This document shows, piece by piece, positions 37,437 to 47,631 of a DNA stretch of 64,000 nt. This DNA is from Polyangiaceae bacterium (lineage in GTDB: Bacteria; Myxococcota_A; Polyangia; Polyangiales; Polyangiaceae): assembly GCA_044376115.1 (NCBI GenBank), contig JBILLK010000012.1:64001-128000 (forward strand). The letters are read 5' to 3'. The translations under genes and the position numbers were made by a program. Position 1 is the stretch's first letter, and each line of letters begins with the position of its first letter. The notes beneath the pieces were generated by a model. It did not search any database. It saw only the letters and a program-made list of their open reading frames with translations, and was not told where the DNA came from.

Positions 37437-40283
37437 GTGAGCGCTGGAGACGATGACAGCTTCCAGGAGGACGACCTCCTTCGCGAGCTGGCCTCGGCAC
37501 CGGCGCTCTCTCCGCCGGCACTGCCCCGCCCTGGTGATACCTTCGGACGATTTCGTATCAGCCACCGGCTCGGCAGCGGAGCTAGCGGAGTGGTGTTCGC
37601 TGCGACCGACGTGGTGCTTGGCCGTGAGGTAGCGATCAAGGTGCTCGTGCTCGATCCAACGCGAGCCCGGAAGCAAGTCCTGCTCGAAGCGCGCGCCGCT
37701 GCGCGAATTAGCCACCCTGGCGTGGCTTCGCTCTATGACGTCATCGAGCAAAGCGGCTCCCTCGCGCTCGTCCTTGAACGAGTTAGCGGAAGCACCTTGC
37801 GCGAGCTGCTTCAAGCGCACGGTCCACTATCGGAGCAGCGTGCAGTAGAGCTCATTCACCAAGCCGCGCTGGCCGTCGCCGCAGCGCATGCGGTCGGCAT
37901 CCTGCATCGCGACCTCAAACCCGAGAACATCATGGTCACCGACAGCGGGCTAATCAAGCTGCTCGACTTCGGACTCGCGGCGGCCACAGGGCGAACACCT
38001 TGTAACCCGGCCGGCACACGCGGGTACCTCGCGCCGGAGGCCCTACTTGGGAATGCCAATGAGGCGAGTGACCAATACGCATTAGGCGTTATCTTCATCG
38101 AGGCTCTTACCGGCAAAAGGCCAAGCAACGCCCAGCTTCTGACCGGTCTTTCGCCCCGACTTGCATCGATCGTACGACGCGCGTTGGCGAGTTCGGCCTA
38201 TCAACGTTATCCCAGCGTTGAAGCCTTCGCCGCAGCGCTCATGGCGAAGCGAGAAAGCACGGTACCCAAAGCTCTGGCGTCGCTCGCGGTTTCAGCCCTC
38301 GCGCTAATCAGCCTATCAGGCGACGTTGGTGACACGCATCGCGCATTCGCTAGTTCGAGCCCCACGGTGACCCCAACACGAGTTGAACGCACAGCATGTC
38401 CCCCACTCTTCACGAGCGAGGCAGATCAGCGGTGGCTAGGAGCGGCCGCAGCTAATATCCTATGCAAACAGGCCCGCAGCCTGCTCGGCGGCAGTCGAGG
38501 GCGGGCTGTCCCGCCGGCAGAGCTACTCGACCTTCCTGCTTCGCCGAGCCCTGATTTCCCGCGTGATCCTTTCTCCGCTCCAGAGGCCCGTGAACGCGCT
38601 CGTACGGCTGCACGCGAGCATGAGCCGGCGACCACCCTCGTGCTTGACGGTACCTTGGCGCGCAGTGGTGGCATGTTTGAAGTCACGCTGCGCGCCGAGC
38701 GTTCGGGGATCTTGGTTGGCCGCTCCGAAGGCCGAGGAACGTTGGCCGAAGCGAGCGCCCAAGCCATCGAAGAGCTCGCGCGTGACGGCGTGCTCCCGAT
38801 CGCCGAAGCACCGGACAACGCCGACTTAGGCGCCGCTTTCACACCGCTCGAGCTCGCGGAACTCTCCTTTGCAGAGGCGGCCCTCGCCACCGGTGGCTCT
38901 CTCGCGGAGGCACGCAGACGGCTCGCCCCGCTGCGTTCACGCGACGCCGATGCCACGTTGATGGATTCGCTATTAGCCAAAGGCCTCGGACTACGCGATA
39001 CGCTCGCTGCGCCGCCAGTCGACGAGACCGACGCTAGTACGTTGGCAAAGTCGGCGACCGCACACGCACTGATGGGCGGCTCGAGCGCGCCTAGCTCACT
39101 TGCGGCCCTCATCGAAGAACGCAGGTTTGATAACACATTAGCGTCTACCGAGCTCGAGCTCTTGCGGGCCGAAGCACTGCTGCGCATGTTGGCTGGCGAA
39201 CGAGGCCCAGCGAGGGCGCTGGCGCTCGCGGCAGCACTGGCGGCTCCTCTCGACGCGCCCTGGAGCGTGCTCGCCCATACAAGCTTTGGTCGCCCCGAGT
39301 TCAAGACCGTGTCGCGCGCCCAATGCGCCTGGTCTCCAGAGGTCGCCGACGCCTGGAACATCGCCGCCTTCGTCGACACCGACGAGAGCCAACGTGCGGC
39401 TTGGCTCGAGCGCGCCTACCTCCTCAGTGACGGCTATCCCCTGTATGCGGGCAACTACGGTACTTGGCTATTGATTGACGGCCGGCTCGATGAAGCGCGC
39501 GGGGTGATTGCGCGATTGCGGGTCGGATCGCCAGGACAACGAGTCGCTGCGAGTCGCCTCTTGGTCGAGCTCGCGCTTGCAGAAGGCCGCGTTCTTGGAG
39601 CCTATGAAGAAGCCTGGCGCGCCCTGGGCGAACTCAGCACCATCGGCAGCATCGAGACCGGCGACATAGCGCTGGTGGCGCAAACAGTTGAGCTGGGTGT
39701 CCTCCTAGGTAAAGGGCCACAGACGGCCGAACGACTTGCTATCGAGTTCGTCTTCCCCGACCCACCAAAGCTCGACCCGGGCGCCTTCTCGCGTCAGGCG
39801 ATCGCACATGGTTGCGCCTACGCCGAGCGTCGCGTGGCTGAGCGCTGCTTCGCTCGGCTCGACGAGCTCACCCAACGCGGCTACTTCCCGATTCAAGACA
39901 CCGGCGATGCAGCCGCCTATGTTGAAGGCGCCCGGGCCTTTGCTGCGGGCGATCTCGAAGTATCGGGCGCCGCCTTTCGTCGAGTGCAATCCGAGCTGGG
40001 TGCGAAGGCCAGCGTAGCGGCGCTCGTGCTGGCCCAGCTAGGGGACATCGAGCGAGCCGACGCCATGGACCCACCTCGGCCCGGTACGATCGGCGGTATC
40101 TCCCTATCGCATTTGCGAGCGGCCAAACGAGCGTTTAGTGCGCATAACTGTGACCGCGCCCGACCGCTGGCCGAGCAAGCTTTGCGCGCCCTTCGCAACG
40201 TCGACGTCGAGTTCGAGGCGATGGAAGACATGCGCAAGATCGTGCGCGAATGCAAAGCGCCCTCTTCACCGAATAGCGATTAG
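37437..40283 (+). CDS. Hanks-type Ser/Thr protein kinase with a TM segment and a helical C-terminal region
   Basis: GSGASG, VAIK, HRDLKPEN, DFG, GTRGYLAPE and DQYALG; a hydrophobic segment follows the kinase domain. Confidence 0.93.
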   Translation: MSAGDDDSFQEDDLLRELASAPALSPPALPRPGDTFGRFRISHRLGSGASGVVFAATDVVLGREVAIKVLVLDPTRARKQVLLEARAAARISHPGVASLYDVIEQSGSLALVLERVSGSTLRELLQAHGPLSEQRAVELIHQAALAVAAAHAVGILHRDLKPENIMVTDSGLIKLLDFGLAAATGRTPCNPAGTRGYLAPEALLGNANEASDQYALGVIFIEALTGKRPSNAQLLTGLSPRLASIVRRALASSAYQRYPSVEAFAAALMAKRESTVPKALASLAVSALALISLSGDVGDTHRAFASSSPTVTPTRVERTACPPLFTSEADQRWLGAAAANILCKQARSLLGGSRGRAVPPAELLDLPASPSPDFPRDPFSAPEARERARTAAREHEPATTLVLDGTLARSGGMFEVTLRAERSGILVGRSEGRGTLAEASAQAIEELARDGVLPIAEAPDNADLGAAFTPLELAELSFAEAALATGGSLAEARRRLAPLRSRDADATLMDSLLAKGLGLRDTLAAPPVDETDASTLAKSATAHALMGGSSAPSSLAALIEERRFDNTLASTELELLRAEALLRMLAGERGPARALALAAALAAPLDAPWSVLAHTSFGRPEFKTVSRAQCAWSPEVADAWNIAAFVDTDESQRAAWLERAYLLSDGYPLYAGNYGTWLLIDGRLDEARGVIARLRVGSPGQRVAASRLLVELALAEGRVLGAYEEAWRALGELSTIGSIETGDIALVAQTVELGVLLGKGPQTAERLAIEFVFPDPPKLDPGAFSRQAIAHGCAYAERRVAERCFARLDELTQRGYFPIQDTGDAAAYVEGARAFAAGDLEVSGAAFRRVQSELGAKASVAALVLAQLGDIERADAMDPPRPGTIGGISLSHLRAAKRAFSAHNCDRARPLAEQALRALRNVDVEFEAMEDMRKIVRECKAPSSPNSD

Positions 40284-41641
40284 AACCGCGGCTCGAGCCG
40301 AGCATCTAGCGGCAGAATCCAACGCTTGGTGGCCCAGCCGTCCTGCTCCTCGGCAAGGTCGATGGACGAATCGATCAAGGGAGCGCTCGGGCGCCCATTG
40401 AGCGATACCCATGACGATACATAGACGGCTACGGAGATGCCTCGTTCGGCGTAATCCGCCCGAACCACCTTCGCGAACTGCAAAAGCATATCGGGTTGCG
40501 CAGCCATCTGCTTGAGCTGTGGCGGCGTCAGGTAGTCCTCCGGTCGGACTTGCCACCCAAGCCCAGACCTCTTGTCTCGGACCCGCACCTCGACGTAACC
40601 GTTCTTCTCCGCCAACATCACATGCCAGGAGTAGCGGTAGCCTTCATCGGTCCAAAGCGAAGAGCCTGGGTAGAGCAATGCGCGCAGCGGAAAGAGGAGC
40701 TGGAAACCAACATATGGCAGTAACCATAGCGGCAACGCGGCCGTAGGTTTGCTCGTTGGGTCTGAGGTTGGCTGATAATGCGGCAGCCACCTTGGGGCAC
40801 GGAACAGACCCCGGATCCAGCTTCGCGGCGCCTCTGGTGGGAAGAAGACCAGCGCAAAGAGCGACATAAACAGTGGAAACATGCCGATCGGGAAGAGCCG
40901 GGCTGTAACGACATGGAAGCCAACGACAACCCCGTACATCACCAAACGGGTACGTCGCAATGAGAGCAAGAGCGGAGCTGAAAGATCAAACAACATCCCA
41001 GCCCAGCTCATGACGAACGCCGTCTCTTTGTGCATGAGCAGCGGGCCAATCAAGAACACATCCTGATTGCGGGAAAGCCAGATGGTCAGTGGCTGTGCGT
41101 GAATAAGCCAGTCTGGTCCCAGCTTGGCGACGCCCCCAAAAAAGTACACACATCCTACCTGAAAGCGCAGGAGCCAAACCATCCAGCGCGGCAAGCTAGT
41201 TACCTTCAGGTTCAACCGGCGACTATCGAGTGAACCCACATGATGCAGCGGTAAGAGCGACATCAACACAGCGAGCAGGCTCACAAGATAGTAGTGGTTG
41301 AGGTAGTACGTCGTATCGATCGCGTGGGCGTAGCTAAAGAGAAGCGCAAAGAGCAGGCTACTTAGCCTATAGTAGGCGCCGAGCGCGATCCCCAGCGCAG
41401 CGAGGCCTATGAGCCCAAAGACCACGTACATACCAAGGCCTGGTAGCGGTGGTAGCCAACCCACTCCCCAGAAAGGGAAGTGCATCGCTGGCTCGAGATA
41501 GTGCTCCTTTACCCAGCCTCGAGCCACGAACCGAACCGTCGCGACAAACAGCAACACACCAAAGAGTATGCGGAAGAGCACCAGCGAAGCCGGGTCCACC
41601 GGCTCGTGCGCGCGCTGCCGCAGCCGCTCGATCACGCTCAA
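40280..41641 (-). CDS. HTTM-domain, vitamin K-dependent gamma-carboxylase-like membrane protein
   Basis: ASLVLFRILFG, YLNHYYL, VYFFGGVAKLGPDW, FPIGMFP, WTDEGYRYSWHVML, QPDMLLQFA and SLNGRP. GTGA-coupled to the upstream imelysin gene. Confidence 0.9.
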   Translation of the reverse strand: MSVIERLRQRAHEPVDPASLVLFRILFGVLLFVATVRFVARGWVKEHYLEPAMHFPFWGVGWLPPLPGLGMYVVFGLIGLAALGIALGAYYRLSSLLFALLFSYAHAIDTTYYLNHYYLVSLLAVLMSLLPLHHVGSLDSRRLNLKVTSLPRWMVWLLRFQVGCVYFFGGVAKLGPDWLIHAQPLTIWLSRNQDVFLIGPLLMHKETAFVMSWAGMLFDLSAPLLLSLRRTRLVMYGVVVGFHVVTARLFPIGMFPLFMSLFALVFFPPEAPRSWIRGLFRAPRWLPHYQPTSDPTSKPTAALPLWLLPYVGFQLLFPLRALLYPGSSLWTDEGYRYSWHVMLAEKNGYVEVRVRDKRSGLGWQVRPEDYLTPPQLKQMAAQPDMLLQFAKVVRADYAERGISVAVYVSSWVSLNGRPSAPLIDSSIDLAEEQDGWATKRWILPLDARLEPRF

Positions 41642-42708
41642 TCACCGTCCATATCACTGAAGGAAATGGTTACTCCCAGCGCGGTCGCAAGGTCACTCGC
41701 GAGGAGCTGTTTGACGCTGCGTAGCGCCTCAACCGCCTTCGCCAGCAGCTCAGCTTCGCTCTCCAGCGCCGTCCGCAACGGGCCGGGTATGTTCTTTACA
41801 GACTTCTCCGCTGCGGTGAGTGCGGCCTGGAACTCACTATCCAAGGTTGGCGAACGATCCTTGACCAAATCGCCCATCCCGAGCCCTTGGACGTCGGCAT
41901 AGTCCCCGTAATAGACAGCAATAGCGCCTGCGAGCAGCGCCAGCGTATCCTGCAACGTATTGTCGGAACGGCGAGATTCCTCGAGTTCAGGCGCAAGAAC
42001 GCCAGTATTGCTCCCAAGCGGAGCTGCGATGGTTTGGATCGCCAGGTCTGAAGCATAAAGCAGTTGGTTGAATAGGGCGTCCATCGCGTCCTTGGGACTC
42101 TTGTAAACCTCACTCCCCGCGCCCGCAGTTGCGAGCTCCTCCGCATGCTTCGCAAAGGCGGCTACCAAGCGATTCACCTCCGACGCCAGGTCATCTCCCA
42201 GCGCTCGTAGGAAGGCTCGGCGCTTATCGTCTTCGGCTAGAGACATGAGCACCACCTCGTCGCCAGCCTGTGAGTCGAAGAGCAGGTACTCCAGCGCCGG
42301 CAGCCCCTTGCGCGTCGTTCCAAGCGAGCTGGGCTCGAAGGGCGGGCCTGATGCGATTGTCTCCTCCACCGCCTCGGGCTCGCAGCCCTTATTCCATCGT
42401 ATATTGGCCTCCACATCCTTGGCAGGGCCAAAGCCGAACACGCGCGCTGCGCTCCAGGCTGCCTGTGTGTCCCGCCATGCAGCTTGCGTCGTGGCGAGGC
42501 CCAGCGCCGTAGGCTCATCTACAAGCGCGACAATGCTGTCCTTCAACGTCGTCGCGGTCTCGGCTAGTAGGCGGTAACTCGGCTTGACCACGATCTCCGC
42601 GAGGTCTTGCAACACCTTCGCCTCGTCTACTGACCCCAATGAATCGTCGGCGCATGCGACCCAAAGCGTACTAGCAGCGACAAGAAACCTTCGACGATTG
42701 ACCGCCAT
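41638..42708 (-). CDS. Imelysin-family (peptidase M75-like) lipoprotein with a twin-arginine-like signal
   Basis: NRRRFL plus lipobox WVAC, RKGLPALEYLLF, and C-terminal LGVTISFSDMDGD. Confidence 0.85.
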   Translation of the reverse strand: MAVNRRRFLVAASTLWVACADDSLGSVDEAKVLQDLAEIVVKPSYRLLAETATTLKDSIVALVDEPTALGLATTQAAWRDTQAAWSAARVFGFGPAKDVEANIRWNKGCEPEAVEETIASGPPFEPSSLGTTRKGLPALEYLLFDSQAGDEVVLMSLAEDDKRRAFLRALGDDLASEVNRLVAAFAKHAEELATAGAGSEVYKSPKDAMDALFNQLLYASDLAIQTIAAPLGSNTGVLAPELEESRRSDNTLQDTLALLAGAIAVYYGDYADVQGLGMGDLVKDRSPTLDSEFQAALTAAEKSVKNIPGPLRTALESEAELLAKAVEALRSVKQLLASDLATALGVTISFSDMDGD

Positions 42709-44108
42709 CAGAGAGACTCCAAGAACAGCATTAGATCCTCACGGTCTTCGGACGACGACATGCGAAAGGCCTCACGAGCCGCCTCCCCTTCCCCGCCATG
42801 CCAAAGGATTGCCTCGGCCAGGTTTCTCGCCCGACCGTCATGCAAGAAGAACGTATGCTTGTTAACGCTCTCTTGCAGCCCTATGCCCCATAGAGGGGGT
42901 GTCCTCCACTCCGATCCTGAGGCCAAAAAGTCCGGCCGATTGTCGGCTAGACCTTCCCCCATATCGTGAAGAAGCAGATCGGTGTAGGGCCAGATCTTCT
43001 GCTCCGAGAGTTCGGGATGCCCGGCGAGTTGGCCTGTCCTAAGGGCAAAAGCGTGGCACCCGCCGCAGCCCATCTCCCGGAACAGGTCGCGACCACGAAG
43101 GACCGCGCTACTCCCAACGTTGCGGCGAGCAGGCACAGCCAGCGTCTTTGAATAGTACGCTATGTTAGTAAGCTTACTTTCATCGAGTTCGGGGCTGCCA
43201 CCCGTGGGTGAAGCCTGACAATCAAGCTGCGCCGCTGTGCAGCTCTCCTCTGGAAAGAGGGAGGACGTTATGCCCAGATCTCCAAGGAAAGCGCCGGCTG
43301 TTTGCTGTAACACCGTAGGCTGATTGGCCTTCCACCCAAACCGACCAAGGGCAGTCTGCCCCGCGGCTACGTCATAAACGTAGTTCGGGCGGCCGCTAAT
43401 ACCGTCTGCATCGGCGTCCTCTGGGTCCGAAAGCGCAAGGATGGTCTGTTCCTCGAGCGCTTCCAACAGCCCCAGCCCAATCATCGCGGGAGCCACTCGC
43501 GGGGAGACTAGCACCTGTGGGTCGAGTGGCCCGTAGGCAGGAGACTCAATAAAGTAGCGCGGACGCCTCAAACTGAACGGTTCACCGTCCCCGTAGCTTC
43601 CAGCTACATCCTCATAAACGACCCGCGGAGCAGCCTCCCCAGCAACGCCGAGGATGCCAAAGGGATTGAGCTGACCGCCATAGTTAGGCTCGGCTAGGGG
43701 GCCACCGTCCTCGTTCACTCCTGGAATGCTCAGTCGCAATAGCAAGCCAACAAAGTCATTCCCCTCTTGGGGCGGCTTGCCCCGACCATCCTTGAAGTGA
43801 CATCCTGAGCAGTTCGTTGAGTTGAAGAGCGGGCCCAGTCCGTCCGTACCGGCAGCAGAGGCTGGGGCTGTCACCCATGTACGCCCAAAGAGGTGATCGC
43901 CCAACGCAAAGACCTCCCGCCCCTTGTCATCCAAGTTGCGCGCTGGACGAGCAAAGGCCTCGCGCGACTCGTCAAATACGGTGGTTTCCCCGCCGGAGAG
44001 TTCCTCCCCTGCCTCTACGGCAGGAGCGGATGAGGATTCGCCTTCGGGCTCACAACCGGCCGCCGCGAGCAGCAGAGCAGACGTGAAGCGTGTCCTCTGG
44101 AGACGCAT
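42708..44108 (-). CDS. Di-haem oxidoreductase (DHOR) family c-type cytochrome lipoprotein
   Basis: Two CxxCH motifs (CSGCH, CGGCH), DGLGPLFN, GRFGWKA, YTDLLLHDMG, EWRTPPLWG and LHDGRAR. Confidence 0.93.
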   Translation of the reverse strand: MRLQRTRFTSALLLAAAGCEPEGESSSAPAVEAGEELSGGETTVFDESREAFARPARNLDDKGREVFALGDHLFGRTWVTAPASAAGTDGLGPLFNSTNCSGCHFKDGRGKPPQEGNDFVGLLLRLSIPGVNEDGGPLAEPNYGGQLNPFGILGVAGEAAPRVVYEDVAGSYGDGEPFSLRRPRYFIESPAYGPLDPQVLVSPRVAPAMIGLGLLEALEEQTILALSDPEDADADGISGRPNYVYDVAAGQTALGRFGWKANQPTVLQQTAGAFLGDLGITSSLFPEESCTAAQLDCQASPTGGSPELDESKLTNIAYYSKTLAVPARRNVGSSAVLRGRDLFREMGCGGCHAFALRTGQLAGHPELSEQKIWPYTDLLLHDMGEGLADNRPDFLASGSEWRTPPLWGIGLQESVNKHTFFLHDGRARNLAEAILWHGGEGEAAREAFRMSSSEDREDLMLFLESL

Positions 44109-44137
44109 GGGAGAGTGCAGCATCTTCGGCGAGCCCG

Positions 44138-45355
44138 CTATTCAAGATTGATGGTTACACCGAGAGCCGTCGCCACCTCGACGGTCGTATCGGTTAGCTG
44201 CGCCAGCGCTTCCATCGCCAACTTGATCTTCTCGCGCCCGCCACCGACAGCCTCGTCATTGATGGCTTGGTCGAATGGGACCGGAATCGTGCCAATGGCA
44301 GCGATCACCGCTGCCAAGTCAGCCTTCATACGCGCATCGAGCTCAGGATCCACGCTCGCGACTAAATCGTCCAGGCCTGGACCGTCCTCGGCGCCGAAGC
44401 GGCCGAGATAAACGTTCTCGATTCCGATTGCGTCATTGAGGTGGTCCACATGGGTTGTATCGCTGAAGCACGAGTGCTCCTCCTCTTGGTCTCGCTCTTG
44501 ATAAGCATTGTTCATGCGCTCATTGCGCAACTCGCCGCCGGCGAGGCTACCCATCCCCGTCAGAATCTTCTGCAGCGCGGAACGCGGATCCGCGACAAAT
44601 TCGCGCCGATAGTTGTCGCTGCTCGGCTCCCAGCTTGCCTTGACGGACTCTAGATCCGCGACCAGTAGCGCAGTGACCTCCTTGAGGTAAGTACCGCGAC
44701 GCTCCGCGTTGAGCGCAGTTCCACCAGCAGCGAGGTAGTCTGTATGGCTGCGCAGCCCAGCGTCATTGGGCTGCTCATTGAGATCTTGCCCCCAAAGCAG
44801 AAATTCGATGGCGTGGAAGCCAGCAGACAGGCTCTTCTCATTGACGGCCTCATTGGCCTCAGCAATGCCCGCTTGGGTTATCTGCGGAAAACCCTCAGGG
44901 TCATTCACGATCCCAGCGGTCTCGTTACCCGCCACGTAATCGATATAGTTCTCATCGAGCGGCCAACCGTTGATCTTGCCCTCGGGGCCAGTCTCTTCGT
45001 TGTCGATCGGTCCGTTGTAGAAGCGATACACCTCGGATTGGAGATAGGCTGGCCGGGCCGCATTCCAAGCGTCTTTGGCTGCTTGGTGCGTCTCTACGGA
45101 AGGAGCTTCAACAAACGCGGAAACTGCAGTTTCCAGCGTTTTCGCTCGGTCAAGCACGAGCGCATAGTTGGTGTGTACGTTCTCCGCGTAGCTATCCACG
45201 ACGGGCTGTAGCTGTGTATCGCTCAAACCACTCCCGGCGCCACCACCCCCGGTGCCTCCTGTGCCTGCGCTGTCTCCACATGCCGAGAAGCCCAGCAGAG
45301 CGGCGCACGCGAAACCCCCGACAAGCCAATGGTCAACGAACAATGCACTCTTCAT
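44138..45355 (-). CDS. Imelysin-family iron-regulated lipoprotein (IrpA/IcmP/LruB-like)
   Basis: Lipobox FSAC, NGWPLDENYIDYV, GFHAIEFLLWGQD (GxHxxE) and QEEEHSCFSD. Start is ATG 45355 or 45385. Confidence 0.92.
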   Translation of the reverse strand: MKSALFVDHWLVGGFACAALLGFSACGDSAGTGGTGGGGAGSGLSDTQLQPVVDSYAENVHTNYALVLDRAKTLETAVSAFVEAPSVETHQAAKDAWNAARPAYLQSEVYRFYNGPIDNEETGPEGKINGWPLDENYIDYVAGNETAGIVNDPEGFPQITQAGIAEANEAVNEKSLSAGFHAIEFLLWGQDLNEQPNDAGLRSHTDYLAAGGTALNAERRGTYLKEVTALLVADLESVKASWEPSSDNYRREFVADPRSALQKILTGMGSLAGGELRNERMNNAYQERDQEEEHSCFSDTTHVDHLNDAIGIENVYLGRFGAEDGPGLDDLVASVDPELDARMKADLAAVIAAIGTIPVPFDQAINDEAVGGGREKIKLAMEALAQLTDTTVEVATALGVTINLE

Positions 45356-45386
45356 ATTGAAAATAGTAATCAATATCGTTTTCATT
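45356..45386. promoter_or_regulatory. Two overlapping Fur-box-like sites in the divergent promoter
   Basis: ATTGAAAATAGTAATCAAT (45356-45374) and the reverse complement of 45368-45386 (AATGAAAACGATATTGATT) resemble the TGATAATnATTATCA 7-1-7 motif. They form an AT-rich island between iron-uptake genes. Confidence 0.7.
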
Positions 45387-45419
45387 AGTCAACGATATTT
45401 TGTTGTGCCATGAAGCCGC

Positions 45420-47627
45420 ATGGTCAATCCGAGGTGGTTTGCAGCTGTGGGCGTCTCCACCTTGACTGTGCTCCTAGAGGCTTTTGTCTTGGCGGAGCCG
45501 CCGAGCGGCGCGCCAACCGCGCCGGTGCCCGAGCAGGCCCCAAGTGAGGTCCCTATTGAGCCGACGAGCGCAGAGCCACTCGAGGTTCACGTCCTTGGCG
45601 ACGGGGATGACAACTTGCAAAAGGTCCCTGGGAGTCGGGCTCTACTGACCAAGAAAGAGGTCGACCGTACGGCTCCGCGCACGAGCGCAGAGCTGCTGCG
45701 GCGAATGCCGAGCCTCACCGTCACCTCCGAGGATCCGCATGGGCTACGACTCAATGTCGGATTGCGCGGGCTCGACCCAACGCGCAGCCGCTCAATTCTC
45801 GTCCTGGAAGACGGCGTGCCCATTGCGATCAATCCCTACGCCGAGCCAGACCTCTACTATTCAACGCCGCTTAGCCGCATAGCGGGTATCGAGCTCGTCA
45901 AAGGGAGTGGTGCAGTGCTCTTCGGCCCGCAAACTATTGGAGGAGTGCTCAATTTCCTAACCCACGCTCCGCCCGGTCAACGCGAGTTCGTTGCTAAGTT
46001 GGAAGCTGGAGACTACGGCTTTGTGCATGGCTACGCCCGCTATGGTGATAGCCAAGACGATGTCCGCTACTTGGTATCAGCCGACTTCAAACGCGCGGAC
46101 GGCCCCCGCGAGATTGGCTTTCACGCCTTGGATGCCATGGGAAAGGCAGCCTTCCCAACGGGGCCGCACGGGGAACTACTGGTGAAGGTAGGGGGTTACA
46201 ACGAGCTTTCAGCTTCGACCTACGTTGGGCTTACCCGCGATCAGTTCGAGGCGAACCCGGAGCAGCCCACCCTCGCGCCCGATGATCAGTTCCATGTTCG
46301 TCGTTTCGATCTCTCGCTGACGCATCGTGAACAGTTGAGTGAAACGGTCGAGCTGCGCACCTTGGCCTACGGTTATGTGACCAACCGGACCTGGCGCAGG
46401 CAGCGCTACGACCGGCAAGCGGTGGAGGGCGTTGACTACACTCGGGTCGAGGGAGACCCAACTGTCCCACTAGGAGCCATCTATTTCCGCGATGAAAGCA
46501 TGATTCGGGATCGGCACTACCAAGTTGCCGGGCTCGAGCCCATGCTCACTGCAAAGCTCAATCACGAAGCAGTGCGACAAACACTAACCGCAGGAGTTCG
46601 CGGACACCTTGAATTGGGCCAGCGGGACCAGCGCGCCACAGATACCGTTCGTTCCAACGCGGGAGAGAGCGAGACGCTCGAATCGCAAAAGAGTTTGGCA
46701 CTAGCCCTCTTCGCCCAAGACAGAATCGCTTTTCGCGATTGGCTATTGGTAACTCCGGGCGTCCGCCTGGAACACGCTGCGATGACCCGCGGGACCCAAC
46801 GTGAACTCACGGCGGATGGCCCACGGGACGTCGACTACTCCGGAGATTCCTCGACCACAGCGTTGATTCCTGGCCTAAGCATGCTGCTGGGCACGCCTGA
46901 CTTCAACGGCTTTGGCGGTATTCACGTTGGCTACTCCCCGCCACGGATCTCCTCGGCAATTACGCCTGAAGGGCAGGATCAAGCACTCTCGGCCGAGCGC
47001 AGTACCAACTACGAGGCTGGAGTCCGCGTGCGACCGACCAAGGGCATCTCGCTCGAGGCTACTGGATTTTTAATGGTCTTTCAGAACCAGATCGTGCCGG
47101 CCACAGCCTCGAGCGGAGTGCAGAGCGAACTGGTCAATGGGGGCTCTACGGTTCACCGTGGCGCAGAGGGAAGCATGCTCTTTGAGGTCGGACGACTTGC
47201 TGCTTGGCCGGAGGTCAATCTCGATCTCGCGTTGCGCTACACCTATGCGCTAGCGACCTATCAGGGCGGGCTGTTCAACGGGAACGTTCTCCCTTATGCA
47301 CCCGCACACCACGGCAGCGCCTCGCTCGCCTTCGAACATGAGGTTGGAGTTGGCGCGCAAGCCTCTTATGCATTTACGGGTCCGCAGTTTACGGACGAAG
47401 TCAATTCGGTGCTCGCCGACGCCTCCGGCCGCGTTGGAGAGATTCCGCTGATTGGTACGCTGGATCTCGTGGGGCGTTACACCTACGCGCCCTGGGGCCT
47501 GACGGCTGGCGTCTCCGTGAAGAACGTCGTTGGGAACGTCTTTATCGAGACCCGACGCCCGGATGGCATTCACACCGGAGGCTTTCGCCAGATCATCGGC
47601 AGCCTTCAATTCGAGCTACCGCGCTGA
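45420..47627 (+). CDS. TonB-dependent outer-membrane receptor (FecA-like)
   Basis: Plug motifs LRGLDPTRS..LEDGVPI and IELVKGSGAVLFGPQTIGGVLN, amphipathic beta-strands, PGVRLE and ERSTNYEAG. Confidence 0.93.
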   Translation: MVNPRWFAAVGVSTLTVLLEAFVLAEPPSGAPTAPVPEQAPSEVPIEPTSAEPLEVHVLGDGDDNLQKVPGSRALLTKKEVDRTAPRTSAELLRRMPSLTVTSEDPHGLRLNVGLRGLDPTRSRSILVLEDGVPIAINPYAEPDLYYSTPLSRIAGIELVKGSGAVLFGPQTIGGVLNFLTHAPPGQREFVAKLEAGDYGFVHGYARYGDSQDDVRYLVSADFKRADGPREIGFHALDAMGKAAFPTGPHGELLVKVGGYNELSASTYVGLTRDQFEANPEQPTLAPDDQFHVRRFDLSLTHREQLSETVELRTLAYGYVTNRTWRRQRYDRQAVEGVDYTRVEGDPTVPLGAIYFRDESMIRDRHYQVAGLEPMLTAKLNHEAVRQTLTAGVRGHLELGQRDQRATDTVRSNAGESETLESQKSLALALFAQDRIAFRDWLLVTPGVRLEHAAMTRGTQRELTADGPRDVDYSGDSSTTALIPGLSMLLGTPDFNGFGGIHVGYSPPRISSAITPEGQDQALSAERSTNYEAGVRVRPTKGISLEATGFLMVFQNQIVPATASSGVQSELVNGGSTVHRGAEGSMLFEVGRLAAWPEVNLDLALRYTYALATYQGGLFNGNVLPYAPAHHGSASLAFEHEVGVGAQASYAFTGPQFTDEVNSVLADASGRVGEIPLIGTLDLVGRYTYAPWGLTAGVSVKNVVGNVFIETRRPDGIHTGGFRQIIGSLQFELPR

Positions 47628-47631
47628 GCAA

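Noticed and set aside
37437..47627. Impression of more A/T-ending codons suggesting horizontal acquisition
   Set aside because: It cannot be quantified by eye and there is no integrase, tRNA or att site. A sliding GC3 or codon-usage calculation would be needed.
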